The notes: generated from the letters alone by a model not told the origin. DNA of 64,000 bases from Deltaproteobacteria bacterium (GCA_040218735.1 JAVJQW010000070.1:352001-416000), one strand, 5' to 3'. Positions 51,638-62,359 are shown, counted from the first letter of the stretch. Numbers and translations: made by a program.

Positions 51638-54600
51638 ATGCGCCGAGTCTTCGTCTTCTTTGGTTTATTGCTCGGGACCGCGTGCTCCGCCGAGGGACCT
51701 CAGATCGAGGTGATCTTCGACTGGGCCGGTGCAAGGCCGAACGTGTCGGAGCTCTTCGCGCGGGCGCGCGTCGAGTCGACGGACCGTCGGACGCTGTCCG
51801 AGTCGACCATCCTTCCCTACGCTCCCGACGCGAGCCTCGAGCTCCCTTCCATTCCCATCGGGACGGACCGCATCATCCGCATCGAGCTCACGGCGGAACC
51901 GGATCCCACGACACGCGCGCTCTTCTACGGAATCTCCGAGCCCTTCGATCTCGCCGCCGACGTCGACGTAGCACCATCCGTGCGGGTCGCCATGCGGCCC
52001 GCGCCCCGCATCGACTGCAGCGGAGGTTTTGGCGGAATCACCGTGCGCGGAGCGGCGCGAAATGTCGTTGGTGACGAAGACGTCGAGCTGATGGTGGCAA
52101 CCGACTACGGATCCAGCGTCCGCGTGTCCGAGGGCGGCCCGCCGTCACCGGCGACGCCGCGGATCGAGCTGGTCGCGCCGGTCGACTCGCCGTCGACCGC
52201 GTCCTTCCCGATGTTCGCCGTCCCCTGGACACTCGCCTCGTGCAACACGGGTGAAGTCTGCCAGCGGCGCGTGTTCGTCGAGGCGCTCGACGAGGAAGGC
52301 TACGCGTCGGCCGTGTGCCGGGCGGAGATCGACCTCGACCAAGAGGGCCCCACACTCGTCGATGAAACGTTCTCGCTGACGATCACACCTCCGCCCAACA
52401 GCCTCCTCCGCGAAGTCGATCGCGCGACGGTGGGCGCCAACGTGCGGGTGAGTGTTGGCCTGTCAGAACCGCTCGCCGACATCGATCCGCAGCTCGAAGC
52501 CGTATCGTCGTCGGTGCTCGGCTTCACGTTCCTCCAGCGGCAAGGCACGCAGGTCGTGTTCGAGCTCGACGTGAAGGGGACCCACGCGGACGGCGTCTAC
52601 GCCCTCGAGCTCGTCTCCACCGATCGCTTCGGAAACGCGAGCGCGCACCAGCTCCCGCTGACCCTCACGATCGACAAGCGCCCACCACCACCGGCCGTCA
52701 ACGACCCCGGCGATCCGCATTCCACGGGAGGCCCCGTCTGGGCGCCTGGCGCCGCTCGCACCCGTTCGATGACGGTTCACGTGTCCCCGGCCGGAAGCGC
52801 AGCCACGAACGGTCGACCGAGCCTCACGATCCAGGCACAGCCGCGCACGTTCGATGGAGCGACCGCCATCGCCGTTCGTGCGCCGGGCACCAACCAGATC
52901 CTCGGCATCGCCGCGGTACGTCCCGACGGCGGCCTCGAGGAGACCGATCTCGTTCCGCTCGACGTCGCTACCGTACAAGTCCTTACGATCGACGCGGCCG
53001 GAAATGTTGGCGCGCCGAGGATCGTCCGCGACGTGATTCGAACGGTCCACGTCGTGGAGAGCGCCGATGATGCGGAGGTCGAGGTCCGAAGGGCACCTCA
53101 GACCCGGACTTCCGCGTGGCAACAACTCGACCGCCTCGGCACGCCGATCACGGCACGAGACAGAGCGGCCCTGAGCGGCCGCGACGGTTCGATCGTCAGC
53201 GTGGACGCGGAACCCCGCTGGCGTGAGACGCGGCGCTCCAAGCGCAGCCCGGCGGACCGCTCCAACCCCGGCCTTGCTTACGATGCGATCCGCGGACGCA
53301 CCGTTCTGTTCGGGGGGCACGATGGCGTCGTGAACCTCAGCCGAACGCCGACGTGGGAGTGGGTCGCCGACGAGTGGCGCGACGTCTCCCCCGCGACCGA
53401 GGTCCCGGCGCGGTGGGGGCACCGCCTGGTCTACGATCGCAAACGCGGACGCACCGTTCTGTTCGCCGGCATCGATCCGCGCGCCATTCGTGGCGACCTC
53501 TGGGAGTGGGACGGCTCGGACTGGGTCGAGAACGTCGAGGCCGGCGAGATGTCCGTGCTCCGGCGCTACCACCACGCGATGGCCTACGACTCCACGCACG
53601 GCCGCACGCTGATGTGCGGAGGTTGGCTGCCGCGCTACCCCCCGGGCGTGACCGTGATTCACGAGGACTGCTGGTACTGGGACGGCTACGCCTGGACTCC
53701 GGGGCCCGACATGCCCGGCCGGCGGTGGCTCCACGACATGGTCTACGACCCCGTCGCGCAGCGCTTCGTCGTGCACGGCGGGCGGTTGGGTGAAGCACAG
53801 AACTACGCGTACATCGGCAGCGTGTTGTACGGCGATGGCGCGCGTTGGACGAAGGCAACGACGACCGCCAAGCCCGACATGAGCAACCACCGCATCTTCT
53901 GGGATCCCGTGACCACGTCGGTCTTCGCGTACGGTCTGGTGCCCTTCAAGTACGACTTCTGGCGATGGGATCCGGTCAGCGCCGGCCTCGAGCCGGTGCC
54001 TTCGGGCGGGGTGCGACCGCCGGAGCGGCTCGACCACGCCATGGCCTACGATGAAGACGCGGGCGCCGCGCTCCTGTTCGGAGGCACGAGCAGCTACCCG
54101 GACTTCGAGCAGCACAGGGATACCTGGGGGTTCAAGGACGGCGCCTGGATCGACATGACCCCCAGCCAACGCGGCCCGTCCACGCGATCCGGACACGCGC
54201 TGGCCTACGACGCCCGACGTGGCGTGACCGTGCTCTTCGGCGGCATCGACCGCGCCGGAACGCTCCGCGCGGACGTCTGGTCCTGGAATGGCTTCCAGTG
54301 GAGCTGCGAAGCCGGCGACGCGCTGAGCCTGCCGAGCGACGGATGCGCCTCCGTCCCGTCCCCCGCCCCGACTCCACGCATCGCGATGGCGAGCGCCTAC
54401 CTCGCCACATCGAACCAGGTCGTGATTCACGGCGGCTGCGAGATCGGCTCGAACCGCGGCGAGTGTGATCCAACCGCGCCGCGCCTCGACGAAACATGGA
54501 TGTGGGACGGCAACACGTGGTCGCAGGCGGAAGGTCCACCGGCTCGCGCCGACGCCGCGATGACGGCCGTAGGGCCGGGACAGCTCCTCCTCTTCGGCGG

Positions 54601-55549
54601 CTGCGATCAGACGACGTCGAACGAGATGTTCGCGTCGTGCGAGCCGCTCGACGACACGTGGACCTTCGACGGCGCCACCTGGACGCGCGTCGCCGCGACG
54701 CTCCCCCCGAGCCCACGTGCTCGTCCGTCGCTGACGTACCACGAGGGTGTCGGCGCCGTACTCTTCGGCGGCTGCGATGCAGTTTCGAACCCACAGGGTG
54801 GGCTCAATCGTCGTGACTGTCGGCCCGGCACGTTCGTACTCGCCGACACCAACGCGATGTCCTGGATCGAAGTGGCGACATCGACGACGCCGGATGGCCG
54901 CTCGGGCGCCGCCTTCGTCTACGACGAGGTCCGGCGTCACAGCGTGCTCTTCGGCGGCGAAGATCCGACGAACGGTCGGCACCGGGACACGTGGTTCTTC
55001 GATGGCGTCGACTGGTCACACCGCAAGACCAGCACCAGCGCGACGCCCCCCGGAAACAACGGACGGCGCGCGGTGTTCGATCGTGGGCGACAGCGCATCG
55101 TCTTGTACGGCGACGCCGACGCCTACGACCTCAGCTCGGGCGTCTGGGAGTACGACTACGGCCGTTCGGAACGCCCGGCGTGGGTCATCGCACTGAAGTG
55201 GAACCAGGTGCTCGCGGAGCTCTCCGACGTTCAGTCCGTCGAGATCTCCGCCGTCGCGAACGGGGTTGGCGCGTCCGACGCGCTCGTCGCCGAGGCAGGG
55301 GCCAGGCTCGAAGCCTGGGACGCCGTCCGCGGCGCCTGGGAGCTCATCGAACAGCACGACCAACCCGGCCTCGACACCCTCCAGCTCGACGCCACCGATC
55401 CCACCGCCGCGAACCGCTGGTTCGTGGAGCGCGACGCGCAGCTCTACCTCCGCGTCACGCCGCGCGGCTACGACCTCGGCCCGACGCCCGCGCAGGTGTC
55501 GCTCGACTACGTCGAGGCGACGGTGCGGTACACCCTCCCCGACCGCTAG
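51638..55549 (+). CDS. Large Kelch-type beta-propeller lipoprotein, paralog 2
   Basis: GGAGG RBS, LGTAC lipobox, colinear with paralog 1 over its whole length. Confidence 0.85.
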   Translation: MRRVFVFFGLLLGTACSAEGPQIEVIFDWAGARPNVSELFARARVESTDRRTLSESTILPYAPDASLELPSIPIGTDRIIRIELTAEPDPTTRALFYGISEPFDLAADVDVAPSVRVAMRPAPRIDCSGGFGGITVRGAARNVVGDEDVELMVATDYGSSVRVSEGGPPSPATPRIELVAPVDSPSTASFPMFAVPWTLASCNTGEVCQRRVFVEALDEEGYASAVCRAEIDLDQEGPTLVDETFSLTITPPPNSLLREVDRATVGANVRVSVGLSEPLADIDPQLEAVSSSVLGFTFLQRQGTQVVFELDVKGTHADGVYALELVSTDRFGNASAHQLPLTLTIDKRPPPPAVNDPGDPHSTGGPVWAPGAARTRSMTVHVSPAGSAATNGRPSLTIQAQPRTFDGATAIAVRAPGTNQILGIAAVRPDGGLEETDLVPLDVATVQVLTIDAAGNVGAPRIVRDVIRTVHVVESADDAEVEVRRAPQTRTSAWQQLDRLGTPITARDRAALSGRDGSIVSVDAEPRWRETRRSKRSPADRSNPGLAYDAIRGRTVLFGGHDGVVNLSRTPTWEWVADEWRDVSPATEVPARWGHRLVYDRKRGRTVLFAGIDPRAIRGDLWEWDGSDWVENVEAGEMSVLRRYHHAMAYDSTHGRTLMCGGWLPRYPPGVTVIHEDCWYWDGYAWTPGPDMPGRRWLHDMVYDPVAQRFVVHGGRLGEAQNYAYIGSVLYGDGARWTKATTTAKPDMSNHRIFWDPVTTSVFAYGLVPFKYDFWRWDPVSAGLEPVPSGGVRPPERLDHAMAYDEDAGAALLFGGTSSYPDFEQHRDTWGFKDGAWIDMTPSQRGPSTRSGHALAYDARRGVTVLFGGIDRAGTLRADVWSWNGFQWSCEAGDALSLPSDGCASVPSPAPTPRIAMASAYLATSNQVVIHGGCEIGSNRGECDPTAPRLDETWMWDGNTWSQAEGPPARADAAMTAVGPGQLLLFGGCDQTTSNEMFASCEPLDDTWTFDGATWTRVAATLPPSPRARPSLTYHEGVGAVLFGGCDAVSNPQGGLNRRDCRPGTFVLADTNAMSWIEVATSTTPDGRSGAAFVYDEVRRHSVLFGGEDPTNGRHRDTWFFDGVDWSHRKTSTSATPPGNNGRRAVFDRGRQRIVLYGDADAYDLSSGVWEYDYGRSERPAWVIALKWNQVLAELSDVQSVEISAVANGVGASDALVAEAGARLEAWDAVRGAWELIEQHDQPGLDTLQLDATDPTAANRWFVERDAQLYLRVTPRGYDLGPTPAQVSLDYVEATVRYTLPDR
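55307..55539 (+). repeat. 233-bp near-identical direct repeat, copy 2 (3' end of paralog 2)
   Basis: Matches 51306-51538 with 4 mismatches. Confidence 0.88.
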
Positions 55550-56457
55550 TCGTCGCGGAGCTCGGCGAGGAAGTCTTCGTTCGTCAGGACGCCCTTCTTC
55601 GCCAGGACACGCATCAGCGCCCAGAACTTTCGCTCCAGCCGCTGGAAGGCCTCCGCGTTGACGGCGTCACCCGCGGCGTCGATCAGGGCGCCGAGGCTCG
55701 CGTCGAACTCCGGGCGCGGCGGGTTCGGTTGGCGCTTCACCGACGTCAGCGGGATCGGCGGCGACGTGGGCGGAGACGTCAGCGGACTCTCGGCCGACAG
55801 CGGCGTGGAGTCGGAGACCTCCTCGGTGAGCAAGAGCGCCGAGTCGTCGCGCGGCGGGGCCGGCTTCGGGACGTCGGACGTGTCGACGAAGGGCGTGGGG
55901 ATCGGCCCGGTCTCCGTGTTCACCTGCTCCTCGCCACCGCCCGGGCGAAGGATCGTCATCTGCGGGATGTCGGTGTTCAGACGGACGGCGGCCGCGCGGT
56001 GCCGGTTCGGGTCCTCGAGGCGCGCGCCGTAGTAGTGGCGGATCGCCATGTCGATGTCCGACGCGCCCGCGATCGTCGCGTGGATCGTCACGTCGGCCAC
56101 GAACCCCAGCTCGTCGATGACACGCACGTCGAGCGGATCCGACATCGCGACCGTCAGCACCGTCCGCCCGCGGATGCGCTCCAGCCGGTACGGGAAGAGA
56201 TCGTGCTCCGACGCGAAGCCCCGACGCACGCGACTCAACGCCTCCGGGTCCGGCTCGACCTGCGAGAGGTCCACCGCCTGGACGTTGAACAGGCTAGCCA
56301 GCGCCGCGACGAGCTCCTTCTCCTCCAGGTGACCGCGCGCGATCAGCGCCGCGCCGAGCCGCATCCCGTTGCGGCGCTGAAGGGTGAGCGCGTCCGAGAG
56401 CTGCGCGGGCGTGATGACGCGCCGCTCGAGCAACAGCTCGCCGAGCTTCTTCTTCAT
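55546..56457 (-). CDS. Stand-alone MshEN (GspE/PilB N-terminal) domain protein without ATPase
   Basis: KLGELLLERRVITPAQLSDALTLQ-RRNGM-RLGAALIARGHL tandem motif, VAMSDPLD; no Walker A. Confidence 0.8.
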   Translation of the reverse strand: MKKKLGELLLERRVITPAQLSDALTLQRRNGMRLGAALIARGHLEEKELVAALASLFNVQAVDLSQVEPDPEALSRVRRGFASEHDLFPYRLERIRGRTVLTVAMSDPLDVRVIDELGFVADVTIHATIAGASDIDMAIRHYYGARLEDPNRHRAAAVRLNTDIPQMTILRPGGGEEQVNTETGPIPTPFVDTSDVPKPAPPRDDSALLLTEEVSDSTPLSAESPLTSPPTSPPIPLTSVKRQPNPPRPEFDASLGALIDAAGDAVNAEAFQRLERKFWALMRVLAKKGVLTNEDFLAELRDD

Positions 56458-56482
56458 CCGGCCGAAAGCCTACCAGGAAACC

Positions 56483-59029
56483 TCACCAGGCGCCGTCACC
56501 GTCCCCGTCCACGAACAGCGGGTTCGTCAGCGCAAACGACGGGCGGTTCGACGCAAACGCCCCGTGGCGCCGGTCGCCCCGCACCGACACCGCAATCCAA
56601 GTGTCCTGCCCCGCCGGCACGTTCACGCGCAGCTCGTCTTCGAACCGCACCGTGCCCGTCGACTCCGGGACGTCGTAGGTCTCGACCACGACACCCCCGA
56701 CGATCACCTCGACCACGTCCACGTCCATCCACGACGGCGCCGCGACGTGCACCTCGATGTCCACACCACCGTCCGCCGCCGCGACGATGTCGCCGATCTC
56801 CGCCGCGCCCGCGCGCATCGTGACGAACGGCCCGCAGGAGAGCGTGAGGCGCCCGCCGAAGAAGGCCGCCGCGAGGTCCTCGACCTTCGCCTCCACCGGG
56901 TCGTCCGTCGGCATCCGCACGTACGTGCGCGGGTAGCCCATGTCGCCGCCCGAAGCGCGGTGGTTGTCCGTCGACGCCGTTCCGACCTTGCGGACGCCGC
57001 GGTTGAGGAAACCGAACCAGTCGCGGATCGGCTGCTGCTCGATCGTGCCGTTGCCGCAACCGTTGAGCACCTCGATGCCGTCGAAGTCCGGCGACCACTG
57101 CTCGGTCCGCTCGACCGCCCCGCTGTCCTGCGCGAGCCCCATCGCGGAGAAGTACCCACCGATCGACGGGCTGCGCGGGTGGTTCACCTGGATGAATGGC
57201 TCCGCCGGGTTCTCGCGGATCGCGGCGAACGTGTCCGCCGGCTTCAACCCGTACCAGTCGACACGACCGTTCCCCGGCCGCGAGAAGTCCGGCGTCATCG
57301 GGTACGCGTTGAAGTGTCCGTACGTGAACGTCGTGACCTCGGAGCCCGTCACACCCTGCATCCAGCGCTCGAGGCCCAGCTCGCGGATCGCCGGGTTGAA
57401 GTCGCCGATCGCCTCGTGCTCGGTGCTGATCGGGAGCTCCAACCCCTCGACCACCATCGTCCGCACCTTGAACGGATAGAGGTCGGGGCTGTCCGGCGAC
57501 AGCTGCGCGTGGATGTGGGTGTCCGTCGACATCCAGCCGGGCGTGTCGACGGAGCGCGCCAGCGTCACCTCGACGTCCGTCGTCATGTCCTCGGTCACCG
57601 TGACGGTCCGCGCCTCGACCTCGTACTCGTTCCCGCGCGAGAACGTGAGGGTGTAGTCGCCGGCCGGCAGCGCGAGCGTGCCCTCGCCGGTGTGCGCGAA
57701 CTCGATCGCGAACAGGTTCCGGTTCCCACGCGTGACCCCGTAGCGCGCCGGGAGGCTCTCCAACGCCTCGGAGTCGCGCTGCACGCTGATCTTCACGGGG
57801 AGCTGCGTGCCCGCGTCGTCCTTCACGCTGTAGCGAACACCGCCGGGGACCGGCACCTCCAGCCGAACCGTCTGCGGTCCGCCGGTCGTCATGAGCTCGC
57901 TCGCCGACACGAGCCCGGCGTCCGTCGAAGCGACGATGCGGTACGCGCCCGGGTCGAGGCGCAGGCTGAATGCGCCGGCTTCGTCGGTGACCGTGTAACT
58001 CGCGTAGTCGGTGTCGCCGCGGTCGTCGAAGGCCGCGTGCACGCGCGCGCCGACGACGGGGCGCCCCGCGGCGTCGACGACCTCGCCGGTCACGAGGTCC
58101 GACGCTTCGGCGGCGACGGCCTTGCGCCACAGCTCCTGCGTGTTCGACAGATCGCCGTCCCCGATCACGAGGATGTGGCTGTAGCTGAAGACGTCGCGCG
58201 CGATGACGTCGAAGCCGTCGCCGTGTCCGGTGACGACGACGCCGGCCTCGGTCACGAGGAGGTTCAGGTTCGTGTCGGCGGCGCCGTAGAGGTAGCTGAC
58301 GTCCTCGCCGATCGCGCCGTAGTACGGCGCGGTGACGCCGCCGCCGGGGACGTCGAAGCCGTGGCCCTGGACGAATGGATCCGCGCCGTCGCCGAACATG
58401 AACGCGGAGATGCGCAGGCCGAAGTCGGCGGTCTCGCGCTCCAGGTTCTTCACGCGGTAGTCGAGGCGGAGGTGGTCGGCGCCCGGTTCGAGGACGTAGT
58501 CGAGCGTCCACTCCAGGTCGTAGGCGCGGGGGGTGAAGAGGCCGGAGAGGAGCGCGTCGAAGAGCGGCATCACGTCGGAGCCGCCGGTGACGCGGACGAC
58601 GGCGGCCTCGCCGTCGCGGCCGTCGGCGACGACTTCGACGGCGTCTGCGCGGAGCACCACGAGGTCCAGCGCCGCGATCACCTCGCCGAACGCGGAGTGA
58701 CCGGCGGGGCCGGTCGGCGTCATGCGGTCCGCGTCGAGGAGCACGCCGCCGTACGGGTGGTAGCCGCGCGAGGAGCCGGCGGCGGCGATCACCACGCCGA
58801 TGCGATCGTTGTAGAGCTTGAAGTCACCGACGCGCCCGCGGGCGGTGAGCCCGGGGAGGAGCTCGCTCGCCTGCGTGATGACGCCGCCGCGGACCTCGCC
58901 GGGTCCGAGCGGGACGTCGAGCGTGGTCTGGACGGCGACGGGATCCTCGCGGAAGACACAGGCCTTCTGACCGAGGACGGCGACGGCGAGCAGGACGAAG
59001 CCGAAACGTGCGCGGTGAGAGCGGTGCAT
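56483..59029 (-). CDS. CehA/McbA-like PHP-family metallohydrolase, exported or lipoprotein
   Basis: DTHIHA..SPDS, STEHE, GSEVT..GHFN, VNHPR, STDNH; carboxypeptidase-regulatory-like domains. Confidence 0.8.
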   Translation of the reverse strand: MHRSHRARFGFVLLAVAVLGQKACVFREDPVAVQTTLDVPLGPGEVRGGVITQASELLPGLTARGRVGDFKLYNDRIGVVIAAAGSSRGYHPYGGVLLDADRMTPTGPAGHSAFGEVIAALDLVVLRADAVEVVADGRDGEAAVVRVTGGSDVMPLFDALLSGLFTPRAYDLEWTLDYVLEPGADHLRLDYRVKNLERETADFGLRISAFMFGDGADPFVQGHGFDVPGGGVTAPYYGAIGEDVSYLYGAADTNLNLLVTEAGVVVTGHGDGFDVIARDVFSYSHILVIGDGDLSNTQELWRKAVAAEASDLVTGEVVDAAGRPVVGARVHAAFDDRGDTDYASYTVTDEAGAFSLRLDPGAYRIVASTDAGLVSASELMTTGGPQTVRLEVPVPGGVRYSVKDDAGTQLPVKISVQRDSEALESLPARYGVTRGNRNLFAIEFAHTGEGTLALPAGDYTLTFSRGNEYEVEARTVTVTEDMTTDVEVTLARSVDTPGWMSTDTHIHAQLSPDSPDLYPFKVRTMVVEGLELPISTEHEAIGDFNPAIRELGLERWMQGVTGSEVTTFTYGHFNAYPMTPDFSRPGNGRVDWYGLKPADTFAAIRENPAEPFIQVNHPRSPSIGGYFSAMGLAQDSGAVERTEQWSPDFDGIEVLNGCGNGTIEQQPIRDWFGFLNRGVRKVGTASTDNHRASGGDMGYPRTYVRMPTDDPVEAKVEDLAAAFFGGRLTLSCGPFVTMRAGAAEIGDIVAAADGGVDIEVHVAAPSWMDVDVVEVIVGGVVVETYDVPESTGTVRFEDELRVNVPAGQDTWIAVSVRGDRRHGAFASNRPSFALTNPLFVDGDGDGAW

Positions 59030-59117
59030 GCGCCCTCAGGCTGCCCCGAGTTCACACAACTGTCACTCGGGCCGGCGGCTGGTCCGAAGGTGTGCGAACG
59101 TGCTACGCCGCCGCGTC

Positions 59118-60584
59118 GTGAGTGACCGACCCGTTCGCGTGAGAATCGGACCGAGCCCGACGGGGGAGCCGCACGTCGGCACCGCGTACATCGCGCTCTT
59201 CAACCTCGCCTTCGCGCGTAAGAACGGCGGGAAGTTCGTGCTGCGCATCGAGGACACGGACCAGGAGCGGAGCAAGCCGGAGTGGGAGGCGCAGATCATG
59301 GCGTCCCTGAAGTGGCTCGGGCTCGATTGGGACGAGGGCCCCGACGTGGGCGGGCCGTTCGGGCCGTACCGGCAGAGCGAGCGGCAGGACATCCACAAGG
59401 CCCACGCGATGCAGCTGCTCGAGGCCGGGCACGCGTACCGGTGCTTCGCGACGAAGGAGGAGCTCGACGCCCTTCGCGCGGAGCAGATCGCGAAGAAGGA
59501 GACGCCGCGCTACGACGGACGCCACCGCGAGCTTCCGCAGGACCAGATCGACGCGTACCTCGCCGAGGGGCGCCCGTTCGTCATCCGCATGAAGATGCCG
59601 ACGGAGGGCTCGACGGTGTTCCACGACGAGCTCCGCGGCGACGTCGAGATCGACAACGCGCAGGTCGACGATCAGATCCTCCTCAAGAGCGATGGCTTCC
59701 CGACGTACCACCTCGCGAACGTCGTCGACGATCACCTCATGGGCATCACACACGTGATTCGCGCGGAGGAGTGGATCTCGAGCACGCCGAAGCACGTGGT
59801 GCTCTACGACATGTTCGGGTGGGAGCGGCCGAAGTTCGTGCACATGCCGCTGCTCCGGAACGAGAACGGCTCGAAGATCAGCAAGCGCAAGGCCCCGGTC
59901 TCGCTGATGGACTACAAGTCGCGCGGGTTCCTGCCGCAGGCGGTCGTGAACTACCTGTCGCGGATGGGCTGGTCGATGCCGGACGAGCGGGAGATCTTCT
60001 CGTTCGACGACTTCGTGGAGAACTTCACCTTCGAGCGCGTGTCGCTCGGCGGGCCGAAGTTCGACATCGACAAGATGAGCTGGGTGAACGGCAAGTACTA
60101 CCGCGAGGTGCTCGACGAGAAGCAGTTCGGCGACCACCTGCTCGACTACGTCTTCGCCGAAGCGCGACTTCGAAAGCTCGTGCCGCTGGTGCGCGAGCGC
60201 ATGGATCGCGGCGAGGACTTCATCCCGCTCACCGAGTACTTCTTCTCGGGCGACGTCACGATCGAGCCGGAGCAGATCAAGCCGAAGAAGCAGACCTTCA
60301 AGGCGCTCGCGCAGGTGTTCGAGAAGTACGCCGATCTCCTCGACCGGCAGGACGACTACTCCCCGGCCGCGCTCGAAGAGGTCACGCGCACCTTCGTCGA
60401 AGCCGAGGCGTGGAAGACCCGCGACTTCTTCATGCCGCTGAGGATCGCGATCACCGGGCGCAAGGCCTCCCCGCCTCTGTTCGACGTGATGACGATCCTC
60501 GGGCGCCCCCTCGTCCGGCGCCGCCTGCGCGCGGCGGTCCATGTCGCGAAGCTCGGCGCGAAGCAGGAAGCCAAAGCGAAGTAA
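59118..60584 (+). CDS. gltX: Glutamate--tRNA ligase
   Basis: RIGPSPTGEPHVG, RIEDTD, PTYHLANVVDD, KISKR. Confidence 0.96.
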   Translation: MSDRPVRVRIGPSPTGEPHVGTAYIALFNLAFARKNGGKFVLRIEDTDQERSKPEWEAQIMASLKWLGLDWDEGPDVGGPFGPYRQSERQDIHKAHAMQLLEAGHAYRCFATKEELDALRAEQIAKKETPRYDGRHRELPQDQIDAYLAEGRPFVIRMKMPTEGSTVFHDELRGDVEIDNAQVDDQILLKSDGFPTYHLANVVDDHLMGITHVIRAEEWISSTPKHVVLYDMFGWERPKFVHMPLLRNENGSKISKRKAPVSLMDYKSRGFLPQAVVNYLSRMGWSMPDEREIFSFDDFVENFTFERVSLGGPKFDIDKMSWVNGKYYREVLDEKQFGDHLLDYVFAEARLRKLVPLVRERMDRGEDFIPLTEYFFSGDVTIEPEQIKPKKQTFKALAQVFEKYADLLDRQDDYSPAALEEVTRTFVEAEAWKTRDFFMPLRIAITGRKASPPLFDVMTILGRPLVRRRLRAAVHVAKLGAKQEAKAK

Positions 60585-60621
60585 CCTTGACCTCGCGCCC
60601 GCGGAGCGCGAGTCGATCCGT

Positions 60622-61830
60622 ATGCTCCGGCACCTCGGCGCCCGCCTGTTCATCGACCACGCCAGCGAGATCTGCGTCCCCGACGCCGACGGCCCGGGGG
60701 TCACGCGCCTCGTGGACCACGCCGTCTACGTCGACGAGGGCCGCATCAAGTGGATCGGTCCGCGCGCCGAACGCCCCGCCGAGAGCGAAGGCGCCCACAC
60801 CTACGACGCCGGCGGCGGCGCCGTGCTCCCCGCGCTGGTCGACTGCCACACCCACCTGGTCTTCGGCGGCGACCGCGTCGCGGACTTCGCGCGTCGCGCG
60901 AGCGGGATGACCTACGCCGAGATCGCCGCCGAGGGCGGCGGCATCCTCACCACCGTTCAGGCGACGCGGCGGGCGAGCTTCGACGCGCTCCTCGACGGCA
61001 CCCGCGCGCGCCTCGAACACCGCGCGCAGCACGGCATCTGGACCACGGAGATCAAGAGCGGCTACGGCCTCACCATCGAGCACGAGATCCGGATGCTCGG
61101 GGTCGTATCGCGCCTGAAGACCGAGGGGTGGGATCTCGAGGGCACCCTCCTCGGCGCCCACGCGGTGCCGAAGGATCGCGACCGCGACGGCTACGTGGAC
61201 GACGTCGTCACGAAGATGATCCCCAAGGCCGCCAAGGGGGAGCTCGCGCGGTTCGTCGACGTCTTCGTGGAGCGCGGCGCCTACACCCTCGACGAGGGGC
61301 GCCGGGTCTTCGCGGCCGCGAAGGAACACGGCCTCATCCCTCGGGTGCACGCGGATCAGATCACCGCGGGCGGTGGCGCCGAGCTCGCGGCGGAGGTCGG
61401 CGCGGCCTCGGCGGACCACATCGAAAACCTCACCGACGCGGGCGCCCAACGTATGGCCGAGGCCGGCGTCGTGGGGGTGCTCCTCCCCGGCGCGATGACC
61501 TACCTCGCGGACCGCGCGCCCGACCTCGGTCGACGCCTCGTGGAGGCGGGCGTCGAGGTCGCCGTGGCGACGGACCACAACCCGGGGTCCTCGCCCACCG
61601 CGAACCTCCCGCTGATGGCGACGCTCGCGACGACGCAGATGGGCCTCACCGCCGAGCAAGCGTTGCGCGCCGTGACGCGCGGCGCCGCGTCCGCGCTCCG
61701 GCGCGACGACGTCGGACGGATGGAGGTCGGCGCCCGCGCACGCTTTGCTGTGCTGTCACACGCCGACAGCCGCGCGCTCGTGGCCGCGTTCGGGGAGCCG
61801 GTGGTTCGGGATTTGGTGGTCTGCGCGTGA
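60622..61830 (+). CDS. hutI: Imidazolonepropionase
   Basis: DCHTHLVFGG, EIKSGYGL, HADQ, ATDHNPGSS. Confidence 0.93.
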   Translation: MLRHLGARLFIDHASEICVPDADGPGVTRLVDHAVYVDEGRIKWIGPRAERPAESEGAHTYDAGGGAVLPALVDCHTHLVFGGDRVADFARRASGMTYAEIAAEGGGILTTVQATRRASFDALLDGTRARLEHRAQHGIWTTEIKSGYGLTIEHEIRMLGVVSRLKTEGWDLEGTLLGAHAVPKDRDRDGYVDDVVTKMIPKAAKGELARFVDVFVERGAYTLDEGRRVFAAAKEHGLIPRVHADQITAGGGAELAAEVGAASADHIENLTDAGAQRMAEAGVVGVLLPGAMTYLADRAPDLGRRLVEAGVEVAVATDHNPGSSPTANLPLMATLATTQMGLTAEQALRAVTRGAASALRRDDVGRMEVGARARFAVLSHADSRALVAAFGEPVVRDLVVCA

Positions 61831-61840
61831 AGCGCAGCGC

Positions 61841-62359
61841 CTAGGCTATGCCGCGCGCCTGCTTGAGCTGACGGACGACCTTCTCGTACTCGATGTCCCA
61901 CTCGGCGGAACCCTCGCGCAGGTTCTTCAGCCGGCTGCGGGCTTCGCGGTCGATCTCCTCGTCGATGCCCAAGTACTTGCGCATCGTGTCGGTGATCTTC
62001 TTACGCATCTCGTGGTCTTCGGCGAAGACCTCTTCGATGTTCCGCGAGTGCATCAGGGCTTCGAGCATCTGGTTGATGACGTACTCGGCGCCCTCTTCCC
62101 CGGTCTTGTGCTGGCGAGCCTCCGCGAGGCCCTTCTTCACCTGACCGAAGCGCTCCGCCGACAGGCCGCGCCGCGTCAGCGCGTCCTTCGTCTCCTGGTT
62201 GAGGCGATCCTCGGCGTTGCAGTACTCGACCAGAATGGCCGCGACGTCCAGCTCGGCTTCCTCGAGCTTCTGATCGTCGATTTCGACGTCACCGTCGCCC
62301 CGTAGGGTGGCGATGATTTCCTTGGACATCTTCGGGATGATCTTTCGGTAGAGACGCAT
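61841..62359 (-). CDS. DUF507 family protein
   Basis: MRLYRKII N-terminus and IDREARSRLKNLREGSAEWDIEY C-terminus. Confidence 0.75.
   Translation of the reverse strand: MRLYRKIIPKMSKEIIATLRGDGDVEIDDQKLEEAELDVAAILVEYCNAEDRLNQETKDALTRRGLSAERFGQVKKGLAEARQHKTGEEGAEYVINQMLEALMHSRNIEEVFAEDHEMRKKITDTMRKYLGIDEEIDREARSRLKNLREGSAEWDIEYEKVVRQLKQARGIA

Noticed and set aside
51306-55539. Diversity-generating retroelement TR/VR pair
   Set aside because: The 4 mismatches are not confined to adenines of one copy (one is C/G), both copies are coding, and no reverse transcriptase is in the window.
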